DNA from: Propionibacteriaceae bacterium
GTDB taxonomy: Bacteria; Actinomycetota; Actinomycetes; Propionibacteriales; Propionibacteriaceae
Assembly (NCBI GenBank): GCA_031256725.1
Contig: JAIRQE010000013.1
Span: 67,323 to 99,322 of the forward strand
Direction: 5' to 3'
DNA: 32,000 bases
This document shows positions 17,401 through 25,047 of this stretch, piece after piece. Each line of letters starts with the position of its first letter. The first letter of the stretch is position 1. Under the pieces are notes generated by a model. The model saw only the letters and a program-made list of their open reading frames with translations. It did no database searches and was not told the origin of the DNA. A program made the translations under genes and the position numbers.

Positions 17401-18732
17401 AGATGAGCATGCCTCATTGACGGCAATCGAATCAATGGCACAGTCATGGATGGAAAGGTACTTCATGTCCTGGCCACCGATGTCAATTACTGAGGTCACA
17501 CCGGGGGCAATCTTGTCGGCTGCCCGGAAATGGGCAATGGTTTCCACCACGCCATGGTCGATGTGGAGTGCAGCCTTGATAAGTCCCTCGCCGTAGCCAG
17601 TCACACAAGTCTGGGCAATGATTGCAGCCCCAGGAAGGGCTTGGCGTACCTCGGTAGCAATCGTGATCGCTGCCGCTACAGGGTCGCCTTCATTACCTCC
17701 GTAATAGGACCAGAGAATGTTATCCTCTTCGTCAATGAGTACGGACTTGATGGTCGTCGAACCAGCATCAATACCGAGGAAACAGGCCCCACGAGCCTCG
17801 CTGAGTTCCCTTCGTGCGATGGTTTCCGACCCATGGCGCGTGAGGAAGGCTTCCCGATCCTCCTTGGTGAAAAATAGTGGAGCCATACGCCCCGATTCGG
17901 GTACCAGATGGCGTCGGTTGGTGAGGCGATCAGAGAGTTCCTCCAAACTCATAACCGTGGTGGAGGCCTTCTCAGCCGCACCCATAGCCACAAAAAGTTG
18001 GGCAGATTCTGGGACTATGCATTCTGTTGCCTGACCCTCCAAGGTACGCTCAAAGGCTTGACGTAATTCAGGGAGGAAGTGTAGGGGGCCACCCAGGAAT
18101 ATGACTTTTCCCCTCACCGGGCGGCCTTGGGCGAGGCCAGAGATGGTCTGGGTTGCCACGGCTTGGAAGATCGACGCAGCAAGATCCTCATGTCGAGCAC
18201 CCTCGTTAATCAGCGGTTGAAGATCCGATTTCGCGAAGACTCCACATCGTGAGGCAATGGGGTAGAGGTGAAGATGGCCAGCCGCCAAGTCATTGAGTCC
18301 TGTGGCATCTGTACGCAACAATGTTGCCATCTGATCGATAAAGGCGCCTGTACCCCCTGCACAGGTACCGTTCATGCGCTGTTCGGGTACTGGCTTGAAA
18401 TAGGTGATTTTGGCGTCCTCGCCACCCAACTCGATGGCCACATCTGCCTCAGGATGATGACGTTGAACAGCATGGGTACCAGCGATCACCTCTTGGATGA
18501 ACTCGACCTCCAATGCCTGGGCGATTCCTAATCCACCTGATCCGGTGATCGCTATAGCAGCTTCAATTCCAGGGTAGGCATCGGCAAGTTCCTGAACCAA
18601 TTTCACCAATTCCGCTTGAACATCAGCATTGTGACGTCGGTACTCCTGGTGGATGATGGTGTCATTTTGGATCAGAACCGCTTTGAGAGTCGTAGACCCC
18701 ACATCTAGTCCCAAGGCATGGGTTCGGCGCAC
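14440..18732 (-). CDS. 1430-aa fusion: two BcrAD/BadFG (HgdC-type) activator ATPase domains, a Cys-rich linker, and a 2-hydroxyacyl-CoA dehydratase / double-cubane-protein-like C-terminal module
   Basis: GTG 18732 with AAGGAG 8 nt upstream. Two ATPase repeats start LGLDVGSTTLKAV and LGIDAGSTTIKSV. Each keeps its cluster-Cys contexts (NGTCAGGTGAF/ASRCGVFAKSD and NEACSSGCGSF/GSRCTVFMNSS). CNLCQNTCQC is encoded at about 16896-16930. C-terminal Cys contexts: NVCYPAK, NYNCPVV, SFGCGLDA, NDACYPA, GGMCRATNY, PFACLPNH. Confidence 0.8.
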   Translation of the reverse strand: MRRTHALGLDVGSTTLKAVLIQNDTIIHQEYRRHNADVQAELVKLVQELADAYPGIEAAIAITGSGGLGIAQALEVEFIQEVIAGTHAVQRHHPEADVAIELGGEDAKITYFKPVPEQRMNGTCAGGTGAFIDQMATLLRTDATGLNDLAAGHLHLYPIASRCGVFAKSDLQPLINEGARHEDLAASIFQAVATQTISGLAQGRPVRGKVIFLGGPLHFLPELRQAFERTLEGQATECIVPESAQLFVAMGAAEKASTTVMSLEELSDRLTNRRHLVPESGRMAPLFFTKEDREAFLTRHGSETIARRELSEARGACFLGIDAGSTTIKSVLIDEEDNILWSYYGGNEGDPVAAAITIATEVRQALPGAAIIAQTCVTGYGEGLIKAALHIDHGVVETIAHFRAADKIAPGVTSVIDIGGQDMKYLSIHDCAIDSIAVNEACSSGCGSFLQTFAESLGLTISEFTEAACQSQAPVDLGSRCTVFMNSSVKQAQKEGATVGDIAAGLSYAVIRNALYKVIKLREPGQLGEKIVVQGGTFLNDAVLRAFELLTGREVVRPDIAGLMGAYGAALTAKTEFLPGAPTRMLSVANLKRIHLETETTNCNLCQNTCQCTISTFGNGERHISGNRCERGADPTKAKSPLPNLFDYTYKRLFGYRRLTAKDGVRGDIGIPRALNMYENYPLWFTILTHLKFRVVISGRSSHDLFELGMHSIASENVCYPAKLVHGHVEHLLDLGVKTIFYPSVNYEQQLISESDKNYNCPVVASYPQVIQNNLERIQEPGVRFINPYVNLANPEHLAKRIVEIFADWNVTEEEAQAAVGAGYAEDAQFRADIQQAGREAREYCAQNGVRGIVLAGRPYHIDPEVHHGIPELVTSLGMAVFTESSILGDSQLERPLRVRDQWAYHSRLYEAASVVTQDENLELVQLNSFGCGLDAITSEQVAEVLEAKNRVYTLLKIDEVSSLGAARIRLRSLAAAADQRRTIHRPERSHALVKAPFTKEMKKTHTILAPQMAPIHFRLVIPIIESAGYKVKFLEHASAQDVEMGLRTVNNDACYPAIMVIGQLVEALKSGEVDPDTTSALITQTGGMCRATNYTALLRKALRDAGFPQVPVIAISTSGIESNPGFKITLPLAHKAMRALALGDLLQDLLLRVRPYELVPDSATDLYHRWDQIIREWLMTGKSPTYGRSLSYSGLVHALVDEFDAFELTDEPRRPRVGIVGEILVKFHPDANNHVIEVIESEGCEAALPGLMEFMVTGLYTTEWNWQNLGIGKKWRRAKTLVRGWMESYRTPIRKALTRVNARYSTPKFTVPGSMAELTSRAQEVTSLGNQAGEGWLLTGEIVELIHSGVPNVICVQPFACLPNHVTGKGMFKEIRRQHPGANLVTIDYDPGASEVNQLNRIKLTLTTAHMGHEPQIIEDILDEESVLV

Positions 18733-18908
18733 GCCAACTCCTTCGATTTGCAGAAACTTTATGACCTTACGCTACCGTAGCTTCCTCAATACGTCACATA
18801 TTTCGACCCGAGTGGTCCATACCATGAGACTATGTCAAGTCTCAAGCGGTGTGATTAGACTCATAATCTGTGACCATGAAGAGTGTGGGGAAATACCGAA
18901 GATTCAAG

Positions 18909-18981
18909 CTCCCCCACCTGGACTCGAACCAGGAACCTGCGGATTAACAGTCCGACGCTCTGCCAATTGAGCTATGGAGGA
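18909..18981 (-). tRNA. tRNA-Asn (anticodon GUU), CCA not encoded
   Basis: The minus strand reads UCCUCCAUAGCUCAAUUGGCAGAGCGUCGGACUGUUAAUCCGCAGGUUCCUGGUUCGAGUCCAGGUGGGGGAG. It has a 7-bp acceptor stem (one G-U), D arm GCUC/GAGC, anticodon loop CU-GUU-AA, T arm CCUGG-UUCGAGU-CCAGG and discriminator G. There is one U27-C43 mismatch. Confidence 0.9.
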
Positions 18982-19161
18982 TTGTAGCCATACGAGAGTA
19001 CCAGATCTCGGGCCTTTCGTCGAACCAAACCATTCTTGAGCGTGAATCCCATCCACAAGAGTATGGTATCCAGAAATGGTGAAGAGTCCATTATGCTACG
19101 ATCAAACAGTTGACCTCATGATAGGCCAGCGAAAAATCCGACACGAAATGGCTTGTCTTTC

Positions 19162-20295
19162 ATGGTTTCTGATCCGTTGAACACTGTGAGTGAGGATGCT
19201 GTCCTGTTCACAGCCCAGGATCCCTTGGTTTTCACCAGAGGTGGGCAACTGGATCATGTCGAGGTACGCTACGAAACCTATGGTCATCTTAATGAATCCA
19301 AGACCAACGCCATCTTTATTTGCCACGCTTTGACTGGTGATGCTCATGCTGCTGGTCACCGCCAAGGGGATCGCAAACCCGGATGGTGGGATGAAATGAT
19401 TGGTCCTGGGAAACCTATCGACACTGACAAGTTCTATGTGATCTGCCCCAATCTGCTCGGTGGATGTCAGGGTACAACAGGGCCAGCTTCAATCAACCCG
19501 ACTACAGGGCAATCTTATGGACTCGATTTTCCGATCCTGGATATGCGCGACTTTGTGACCGTACATAGACGCCTTGTGGCCCATCTAGGGATCACAAAAC
19601 TCCTTGCAGTGGTGGGGGGGTCCCTAGGTGGAATGCAGGCTCTCCAGTGGGCGCTCACGTCACCGTCCGATATGGGTTCGACTGTGATCATTGCTGCATC
19701 AAGTCGCCTGACTGCCCAAAATATTGCCTTCTCAGCGGTTGGTCGTGAGGCCATCATGAGGGATTCTGGTTTTTCTGGAGGGCACTATGTGGAGGAGGGT
19801 ACCTCCCCAGACACGGGGCTTTCACTCGCTCGAATGATGGCACACATTACGTACACATCTGAGGGAGCCCTGTGGAAGAAGTTTGGACGTGACCCACAAA
19901 ATACCGACCTGGCTCCAGGATTCGGTGTGGATTTTGCCATTGAAAGCTATCTTCAACATCAGGCAGAGACCTTCCTGGATCGTTTCGATGCCTTGAGCTA
20001 CCTCTATCTGTCACGTGTCTTGGATTACTTCGATCCCTTCGCCGAGGCTGGAGCCTGCAATCTGATCGCTGACCATCCCATCCCAGCACTCGTATGCTCG
20101 TTCACCACGGACTGGCGTTTCTCTCCCCGACAGTCGAAGAGGGTGGTTTCCCGTTTGGAGAGGGTGGGGGTACCTGTGACCTATCGTGAAATTGAGGAGG
20201 GCGTGGGCCATGACTCCTTCCTCTTGCCCATCTCGGAGTACCTTGATCTTGTTGCCGCTTTCCTGAACCAACGTTTTGAGGAGGATGCCCGATGA
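19162..20295 (+). CDS. metX: homoserine O-acetyltransferase
   Basis: Alpha/beta hydrolase with nucleophile elbow VVGGSLGGMQAL and catalytic His context VGHDSFLL. LHALTGD-type motif CHALTGDAH. Start is ATG 19162 or TTG 19153; neither has a clear SD. Confidence 0.85.
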   Translation: MVSDPLNTVSEDAVLFTAQDPLVFTRGGQLDHVEVRYETYGHLNESKTNAIFICHALTGDAHAAGHRQGDRKPGWWDEMIGPGKPIDTDKFYVICPNLLGGCQGTTGPASINPTTGQSYGLDFPILDMRDFVTVHRRLVAHLGITKLLAVVGGSLGGMQALQWALTSPSDMGSTVIIAASSRLTAQNIAFSAVGREAIMRDSGFSGGHYVEEGTSPDTGLSLARMMAHITYTSEGALWKKFGRDPQNTDLAPGFGVDFAIESYLQHQAETFLDRFDALSYLYLSRVLDYFDPFAEAGACNLIADHPIPALVCSFTTDWRFSPRQSKRVVSRLERVGVPVTYREIEEGVGHDSFLLPISEYLDLVAAFLNQRFEEDAR

Positions 20296-20900
20296 CTATT
20301 CGTGTTGACTTCTCCTTGATTTCTTCCTGGATTGCCCCCAAGTCACGGGTACTGGATCTCGGATGCGGGCAGGGTACTCTTTTGACAAGGCTTGAATCCA
20401 AGAAATCCTGCAGAATTCAAGGTGTCGAGATGGATACTGCCTATCTCTTGGACGCGGTGAAAGCTGGAGTTCCAGTGATCCATATGAACATCGACAAGGA
20501 ACTTGATCTCTTCGAGGATTCGAGCTATGACGTCGTGATTCTCTCGCGTACCCTACAAGCTGTGCATCATCCAGCGACAGTACTTCGACATATGCTGAGG
20601 ATCGCACCCATAGGGGTGGTTTCTATGCCGAACTTCGCATACTGGCGTAACCGAGTGAGGTTAGCCTGGGGGCGTGCACCTGTATCGAAGGATCTTCCCT
20701 ATGCTTGGCACGATAGCCCGAACGTACACTTTGGGTCCACCTTGGATCTGGAGGATCTTTTTGCCGAGATGGATCTAAGCATCGATAAATGTGTTCCACT
20801 GTCTGCCTCGGGAAGGGTTTCCAAGATGCCTTTCGCGACACGCAACTGGTCTTCGGGTGCGGTGCTCTATCAGGTGAGCAATCACAACCAGGATTCTTGA
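20292..20900 (+). CDS. metW: methionine biosynthesis protein MetW (SAM-methyltransferase fold)
   Basis: ATGA overlap with metX. Motifs VLDLGCGQGTLL, VSMPNFAYWRNRVRL and LPYAWHDSPNVHF match MetW family patterns as I remember them. Confidence 0.8.
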   Translation: MTIRVDFSLISSWIAPKSRVLDLGCGQGTLLTRLESKKSCRIQGVEMDTAYLLDAVKAGVPVIHMNIDKELDLFEDSSYDVVILSRTLQAVHHPATVLRHMLRIAPIGVVSMPNFAYWRNRVRLAWGRAPVSKDLPYAWHDSPNVHFGSTLDLEDLFAEMDLSIDKCVPLSASGRVSKMPFATRNWSSGAVLYQVSNHNQDS

Positions 20901-20910
20901 GGTACCTTCG

Positions 20911-22488
20911 GTGGCTGAGAACACCTGGAATCCCTGGCTACTTCGTGGAGTCTGCCTAATATCCGGATGCCTGGCAGGACTGGGTTTCGCTCCCACCCAT
21001 CTTTGGTGGCTTGTACCGCTGGCTGTCGCCGGTTTCCTCAGCGTAATTCTTTTATCACCTACACGGTCGGGGCTCAACCGAGGGTACCTCTTTGGGCTTG
21101 GCTTCAATCTGGTGGCCTTCCGCTGGAGTGGTGCTCTGGGGATTCCAGTACTGGCAGTCTTCGCCGCCTATCTTGCCGTATGGTATGCCCTCGTCGGCTT
21201 AGTGGTGGCTGCTGTGCGCAAGACACCCATCTGGGGATTCGTCGCGGTTTCTTCCTGGATGGCGGCTGAGTGGGCTGCTGCTCGGTTCCCCTTTGGAGGG
21301 TTCGGATGGGGGAGACTGGCCTATACCGCAGGTGGGACACCTATCGATGGATTCTTTCCCCTGATCTCTTCATCAGGGGTTTCGGCACTCATCGTGACCA
21401 CGGCCGTACTTCTTACATGGGTGGGTCGTACCTGGGTGGCTTCAGATCGATCCATTCGCCCCATCTGTGTGGCCGTGACCTTGGCGTTTATCCTTGTCAG
21501 CTTTGGTGGAGGATTGCTTGGAAGGCTGTACGAGCCATCATCTGAGGGTCGTGAACTCACGGTAGCTGTTGTACAGGGCAATGTACCAGGTTCAGGAATT
21601 ACTGCACTCGGGCCTCGGTACACAGTGGAAAACAATCATCTAGCTGAGACCATCATTCTTGCTGCGAAGGTTCGTTCAGGGATAGCCAAGCAACCAGATT
21701 TTGTGGTGTGGCCAGAGAATTCCACATCCACAGATCCTTTGACTGATCCCAAGACAACAGGGATCATTGAGGTCTCCTTGGATGTCATCAATGCGCCCAT
21801 CCTTGTTGGTGCTGTCACCCGTGGGCCAGGAGAGGATGAGCGCCAGACCACTGGGATTTGGTGGACTTCCGATGAGGGGCCAGGTGCGACCTATCACAAG
21901 AGAAACCTTGTGCCCTTCGGAGAGTGGGTTCCCTACAAGCCGATTCTGACCAAGGTCATCCCCATCTTGGCCTATGTGGGAGCCCAGTCGGTTCCTGGGA
22001 CAACTATTGGGGTACTTTATGTGGATCTTGATGGCACCCCCATTCGTATAGGGGATCTCATCTGTTTTGAGCTTGCATATGACTCCACTTTTGATGATGT
22101 GATCCGTGGGGATAACAGTACTCAAGGAGCTCAGATTGTGGTTGTGCAAACTTCCAATGCGATGTTTACAGGTACAGATCAGATGGCCCAGCAGGATCAA
22201 ATCACAAGGATTCGTGCCATGGAATCTCGTAGAGAGATTCTCATCGCCACCACCAACTCGTTGGCAGGATTGGTGAACACTCATGGGAGGGTTGTTTATG
22301 CGGCTACCCTACGAACTGCTGATTCCCAGGTTTTCACGATCCCCACTCGAACAAAGATCACCCCAGGGGTGGCCTACCGTACCTGGTTTGATCTGGCTGG
22401 CGTGGCAGCACCCCTCCTGCTGGCGGGATTAGTCGTCGTAGGATTAAGAATTCGCCTTCACAATCAAGAAGATGACCTGAGTACCTAG
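20911..22488 (+). CDS. lnt: apolipoprotein N-acyltransferase
   Basis: GTG 20911. Polytopic N-terminal half, then a C-N hydrolase domain with E-K-C triad contexts VVWPENS, YHKRNLVPFGE and LICFE. Confidence 0.85.
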   Translation: MAENTWNPWLLRGVCLISGCLAGLGFAPTHLWWLVPLAVAGFLSVILLSPTRSGLNRGYLFGLGFNLVAFRWSGALGIPVLAVFAAYLAVWYALVGLVVAAVRKTPIWGFVAVSSWMAAEWAAARFPFGGFGWGRLAYTAGGTPIDGFFPLISSSGVSALIVTTAVLLTWVGRTWVASDRSIRPICVAVTLAFILVSFGGGLLGRLYEPSSEGRELTVAVVQGNVPGSGITALGPRYTVENNHLAETIILAAKVRSGIAKQPDFVVWPENSTSTDPLTDPKTTGIIEVSLDVINAPILVGAVTRGPGEDERQTTGIWWTSDEGPGATYHKRNLVPFGEWVPYKPILTKVIPILAYVGAQSVPGTTIGVLYVDLDGTPIRIGDLICFELAYDSTFDDVIRGDNSTQGAQIVVVQTSNAMFTGTDQMAQQDQITRIRAMESRREILIATTNSLAGLVNTHGRVVYAATLRTADSQVFTIPTRTKITPGVAYRTWFDLAGVAAPLLLAGLVVVGLRIRLHNQEDDLST

Positions 22489-22539
22489 AATGCAGCCTCG
22501 TCCAATGGAATAATCATAGATCTGACCCTAGGAGACTCA

Positions 22540-23304
22540 ATGTACCCCAGTCTTGGCACAGTACTCGTGATTGTCCCCACTTATAACGAGAAAGACAATA
22601 TCGAGATTATTTCCCAGCGCCTTCGTGAGGCGGTACCTTCGGTGGATTTGTTGATTGTTGATGACAACTCTCCTGATGGTACCGGCCAGGTTGCCGATGA
22701 GTTGGCGAAGTCTGACTCCCAGATCCATGTGATGCACCGTACAGCCAAAAATGGGCTGGGGGCAGCGTACCTGGATGGCTTTGCCTGGGGACTGGAGCGA
22801 GGCTACGACGCCCTCGTGGAGATGGATGCCGATGGTTCCCATCAACCTGAGCAGTTGCCTCGTTTGCTGGATCGACTTGTGGATGCTGACATGGTGAAGG
22901 GGTCGCGCTACATCCCGGGCGGGGAGGTCGTTAATTGGCCCAAATCGCGACAGATGCTCAGCCGGGGTGGAAGCCTGTGGATTCGCATCCTCATGGGGCT
23001 CCCAGTGCGTGACATCACTGGTGGGTTCAATGCCTTCAGAGCAGAAACCCTTAAAGCCATTGTTGGAAATATCACCTCAACGGGCTACAACTTTCAGGTG
23101 GATCTCACATGGAATACCTATTCCCAGGGAATGAGGGTTGCGGAGGTACCCATCACCTTTGTGGAGAGGGAGCGGGGAGAATCCAAGATGACTGGGTTCA
23201 TTGTTCTGGAAGCCATTATCAAGACCACCGTGTGGGGTTTCTCTTATCGCGCCAAACAATTCTGGTCATGGGTGAAAGGGATAGGAGCCCGTTCCACTTC
23301 GTAG
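22540..23304 (+). CDS. ppm1: polyprenol-phosphate mannose synthase (GT2)
   Basis: AGGAG precedes ATG 22540. Motifs VIVPTYNEKDNI, VDDNSPDGT and EMDADGSH. Its position directly after lnt is the classic actinobacterial arrangement. Confidence 0.85.
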   Translation: MYPSLGTVLVIVPTYNEKDNIEIISQRLREAVPSVDLLIVDDNSPDGTGQVADELAKSDSQIHVMHRTAKNGLGAAYLDGFAWGLERGYDALVEMDADGSHQPEQLPRLLDRLVDADMVKGSRYIPGGEVVNWPKSRQMLSRGGSLWIRILMGLPVRDITGGFNAFRAETLKAIVGNITSTGYNFQVDLTWNTYSQGMRVAEVPITFVERERGESKMTGFIVLEAIIKTTVWGFSYRAKQFWSWVKGIGARSTS

Positions 23305-23574
23305 TTCTTCAAGACGAGAACTCAACATGAAGTTCAATTCCTGGGTGGTACGTCGTTCTGCAATCATCTCCCAGTGAGTCTTATTCGTAGGACGTGGTAT
23401 CTCGGGCGTTGGAAGGAACCCCTGTGTAGCGATCCTCCCACAATGGGGGCAATCCCAGGTTTCAGGGATCTCAATATCGGCAGCAAAAACCCTTGTAAAC
23501 TCATGTTTCATGTCACAGGTATAGGTACATTCGACGCGATCAACCAAGTCGGGGGCTAGGGCGATAGTACGCAT
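23266..23574 (-). CDS. rbpA: RNA polymerase-binding protein RbpA
   Basis: ATG 23574 is preceded by AAGGAG. THWEMIAERRTTQELNFMLSSRLEELRSG...HP parallels the RbpA C-terminus (Streptomyces: THWDMLMERRTREELEEVLEERLAVLRSG...HP). A C/H/C/C zinc-ribbon-like context is retained (CTYTCDMKH...CPHCG). Confidence 0.85.
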   Translation of the reverse strand: MRTIALAPDLVDRVECTYTCDMKHEFTRVFAADIEIPETWDCPHCGRIATQGFLPTPEIPRPTNKTHWEMIAERRTTQELNFMLSSRLEELRSGTGSYPFHP

Positions 23575-23628
23575 CTCATTCTCCTTGTCTAGTGTCGTAC
23601 ACACTAAACAACGCATCATGAGTGCAGT

Positions 23629-25047
23629 TTATTCCTTAGTGCTTCTGGGTGGTTTGACTGGAAGAAGAACAAAGAAGCCAAAAATAAGAATCGCTGCGAT
23701 AGCTAGCAGACCCCAGTGCTGAGTCGCATTTCCACCTGTAACCGCTTCACCAAGGGCGACAAAGACTGTGAACAGTGCGGGGGAGATGAAGGAGATGACC
23801 CTACCTGTGGTGGTGTAAATCCCAAAGATCTCACCAGAGTGACCATTGGGAATCATTCGAGCAAGGTAACTCCTGGAGGCCGCTTGAGCCGGCCCACACA
23901 ACGAAGACAGCAAAAGCCCAAAGATCCAAAAGATGGTCTTTCCGTGGGCAACCACAGTGGCATCATATCCCGCAGCCCCTTCAGGGATTGCATAAGCTGG
24001 TTGGTGGAGGAAGAAAACCACTATTGCTCCAATGGAAAGCACTGCAAGGCAGAAGAGGATCACCTTCTTGGGGCCAATCTTGTCATCAAGAAGGCCGAAG
24101 AGAATAGTGACAACACCAGCAATGACACTCGCGGCAACACCGAAGTAGATGATTTCTGTCGTAGAGAAACCGAAGGACTGCGCAGCAATGACCGCTCCAA
24201 AAGCAAAGACTGCAGCCAGACCATCCCTAAACAGAGCCGAGGCAATAAGGAAGTACGCAACCTGGCGGTCATGTTTCCAGATGCGTCCCATATGACGGAA
24301 GAGTGCCTTGTACGAACCCAGGATTCCAAGCTTGGTGGGATCATGCAGGGGAGGACGGTCCTTGAGGGAGACGAAGGCAGGGATAGTGAACAGTAGGGTC
24401 CATAGTCCGCAGACGACCATTGATGCCCTGATCTTGTCTGGAGTTTCGGTTAATCCGAACAGACCAACCTCTGGCTGGATGAATAGGAAGAGGATCACCA
24501 GGAGAACAAAGATGCCACCCATATATCCCATGCCCCATCCGAAACCAGAGACCTTGCCCACGTTGGATTCAGTGGCCACGCGATCAAGAGTGGCGTGGTA
24601 TAACGAACCGGCGATCTCGGAGATGATCGAACCTACGCCCAAGATGATGAGACCCACAATCAGGAACTGTGGACTGGGCTCAATGAAGAATAATGCCGCT
24701 GACAAGGCGGCAAGAGCCCAGGTCAGGTACTTCATATTGCGAACCAGATGTCCTGAACGATCAGCGGTTTGTCCAAGAACAGGAGCAATCACAGCAATGA
24801 CGATACCCGCGATCATCGTTGAGATACCGAGAGCCTTGGTGGCACCATTGGGGTTGCCTGGAGAGAAAAAGTCGGCCGTGGTGATGTAAACGGCAAAGAC
24901 AAAGGTCGTGATGACCGTGTTGAAAGGTTGAGCCCCCCAATCCCACAGTGCCCACGCAGTGACTTTGGCTCCGCTTGATTTAGTGTTCTGGGCAAGGGCC
25001 AGACCAGTAGTCTGTGTCTGGTCTGCACTTGTGTGGGTTTCACTCAT
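23629..25047 (-). CDS. MFS transporter, UMF1/Atg22-like family
   Basis: Start ATG 25047 (MSETHTSADQ...) overlaps the upstream gene's stop by 8 nt. The family-typical N-terminal context is WALWDWGAQPFNTVI. About 12 hydrophobic segments. The track start at 25188 lies inside the upstream gene. Confidence 0.75.
   Translation of the reverse strand: MSETHTSADQTQTTGLALAQNTKSSGAKVTAWALWDWGAQPFNTVITTFVFAVYITTADFFSPGNPNGATKALGISTMIAGIVIAVIAPVLGQTADRSGHLVRNMKYLTWALAALSAALFFIEPSPQFLIVGLIILGVGSIISEIAGSLYHATLDRVATESNVGKVSGFGWGMGYMGGIFVLLVILFLFIQPEVGLFGLTETPDKIRASMVVCGLWTLLFTIPAFVSLKDRPPLHDPTKLGILGSYKALFRHMGRIWKHDRQVAYFLIASALFRDGLAAVFAFGAVIAAQSFGFSTTEIIYFGVAASVIAGVVTILFGLLDDKIGPKKVILFCLAVLSIGAIVVFFLHQPAYAIPEGAAGYDATVVAHGKTIFWIFGLLLSSLCGPAQAASRSYLARMIPNGHSGEIFGIYTTTGRVISFISPALFTVFVALGEAVTGGNATQHWGLLAIAAILIFGFFVLLPVKPPRSTKE

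Noticed and set aside
18653-18970. 105-aa plus-strand ORF spanning the start of the giant gene and the tRNA.
   Set aside because: It overlaps a well-folding tRNA-Asn and the 5' end of a confident gene. It has no motifs or RBS.
18982-19161. SAM-I or SAM-IV riboswitch upstream of metX.
   Set aside because: I could not find the conserved SAM-I or SAM-IV core, and the space is too short for SAM-IV. Only a short 5' resemblance exists. It is kept as a low-confidence hairpin finding instead.
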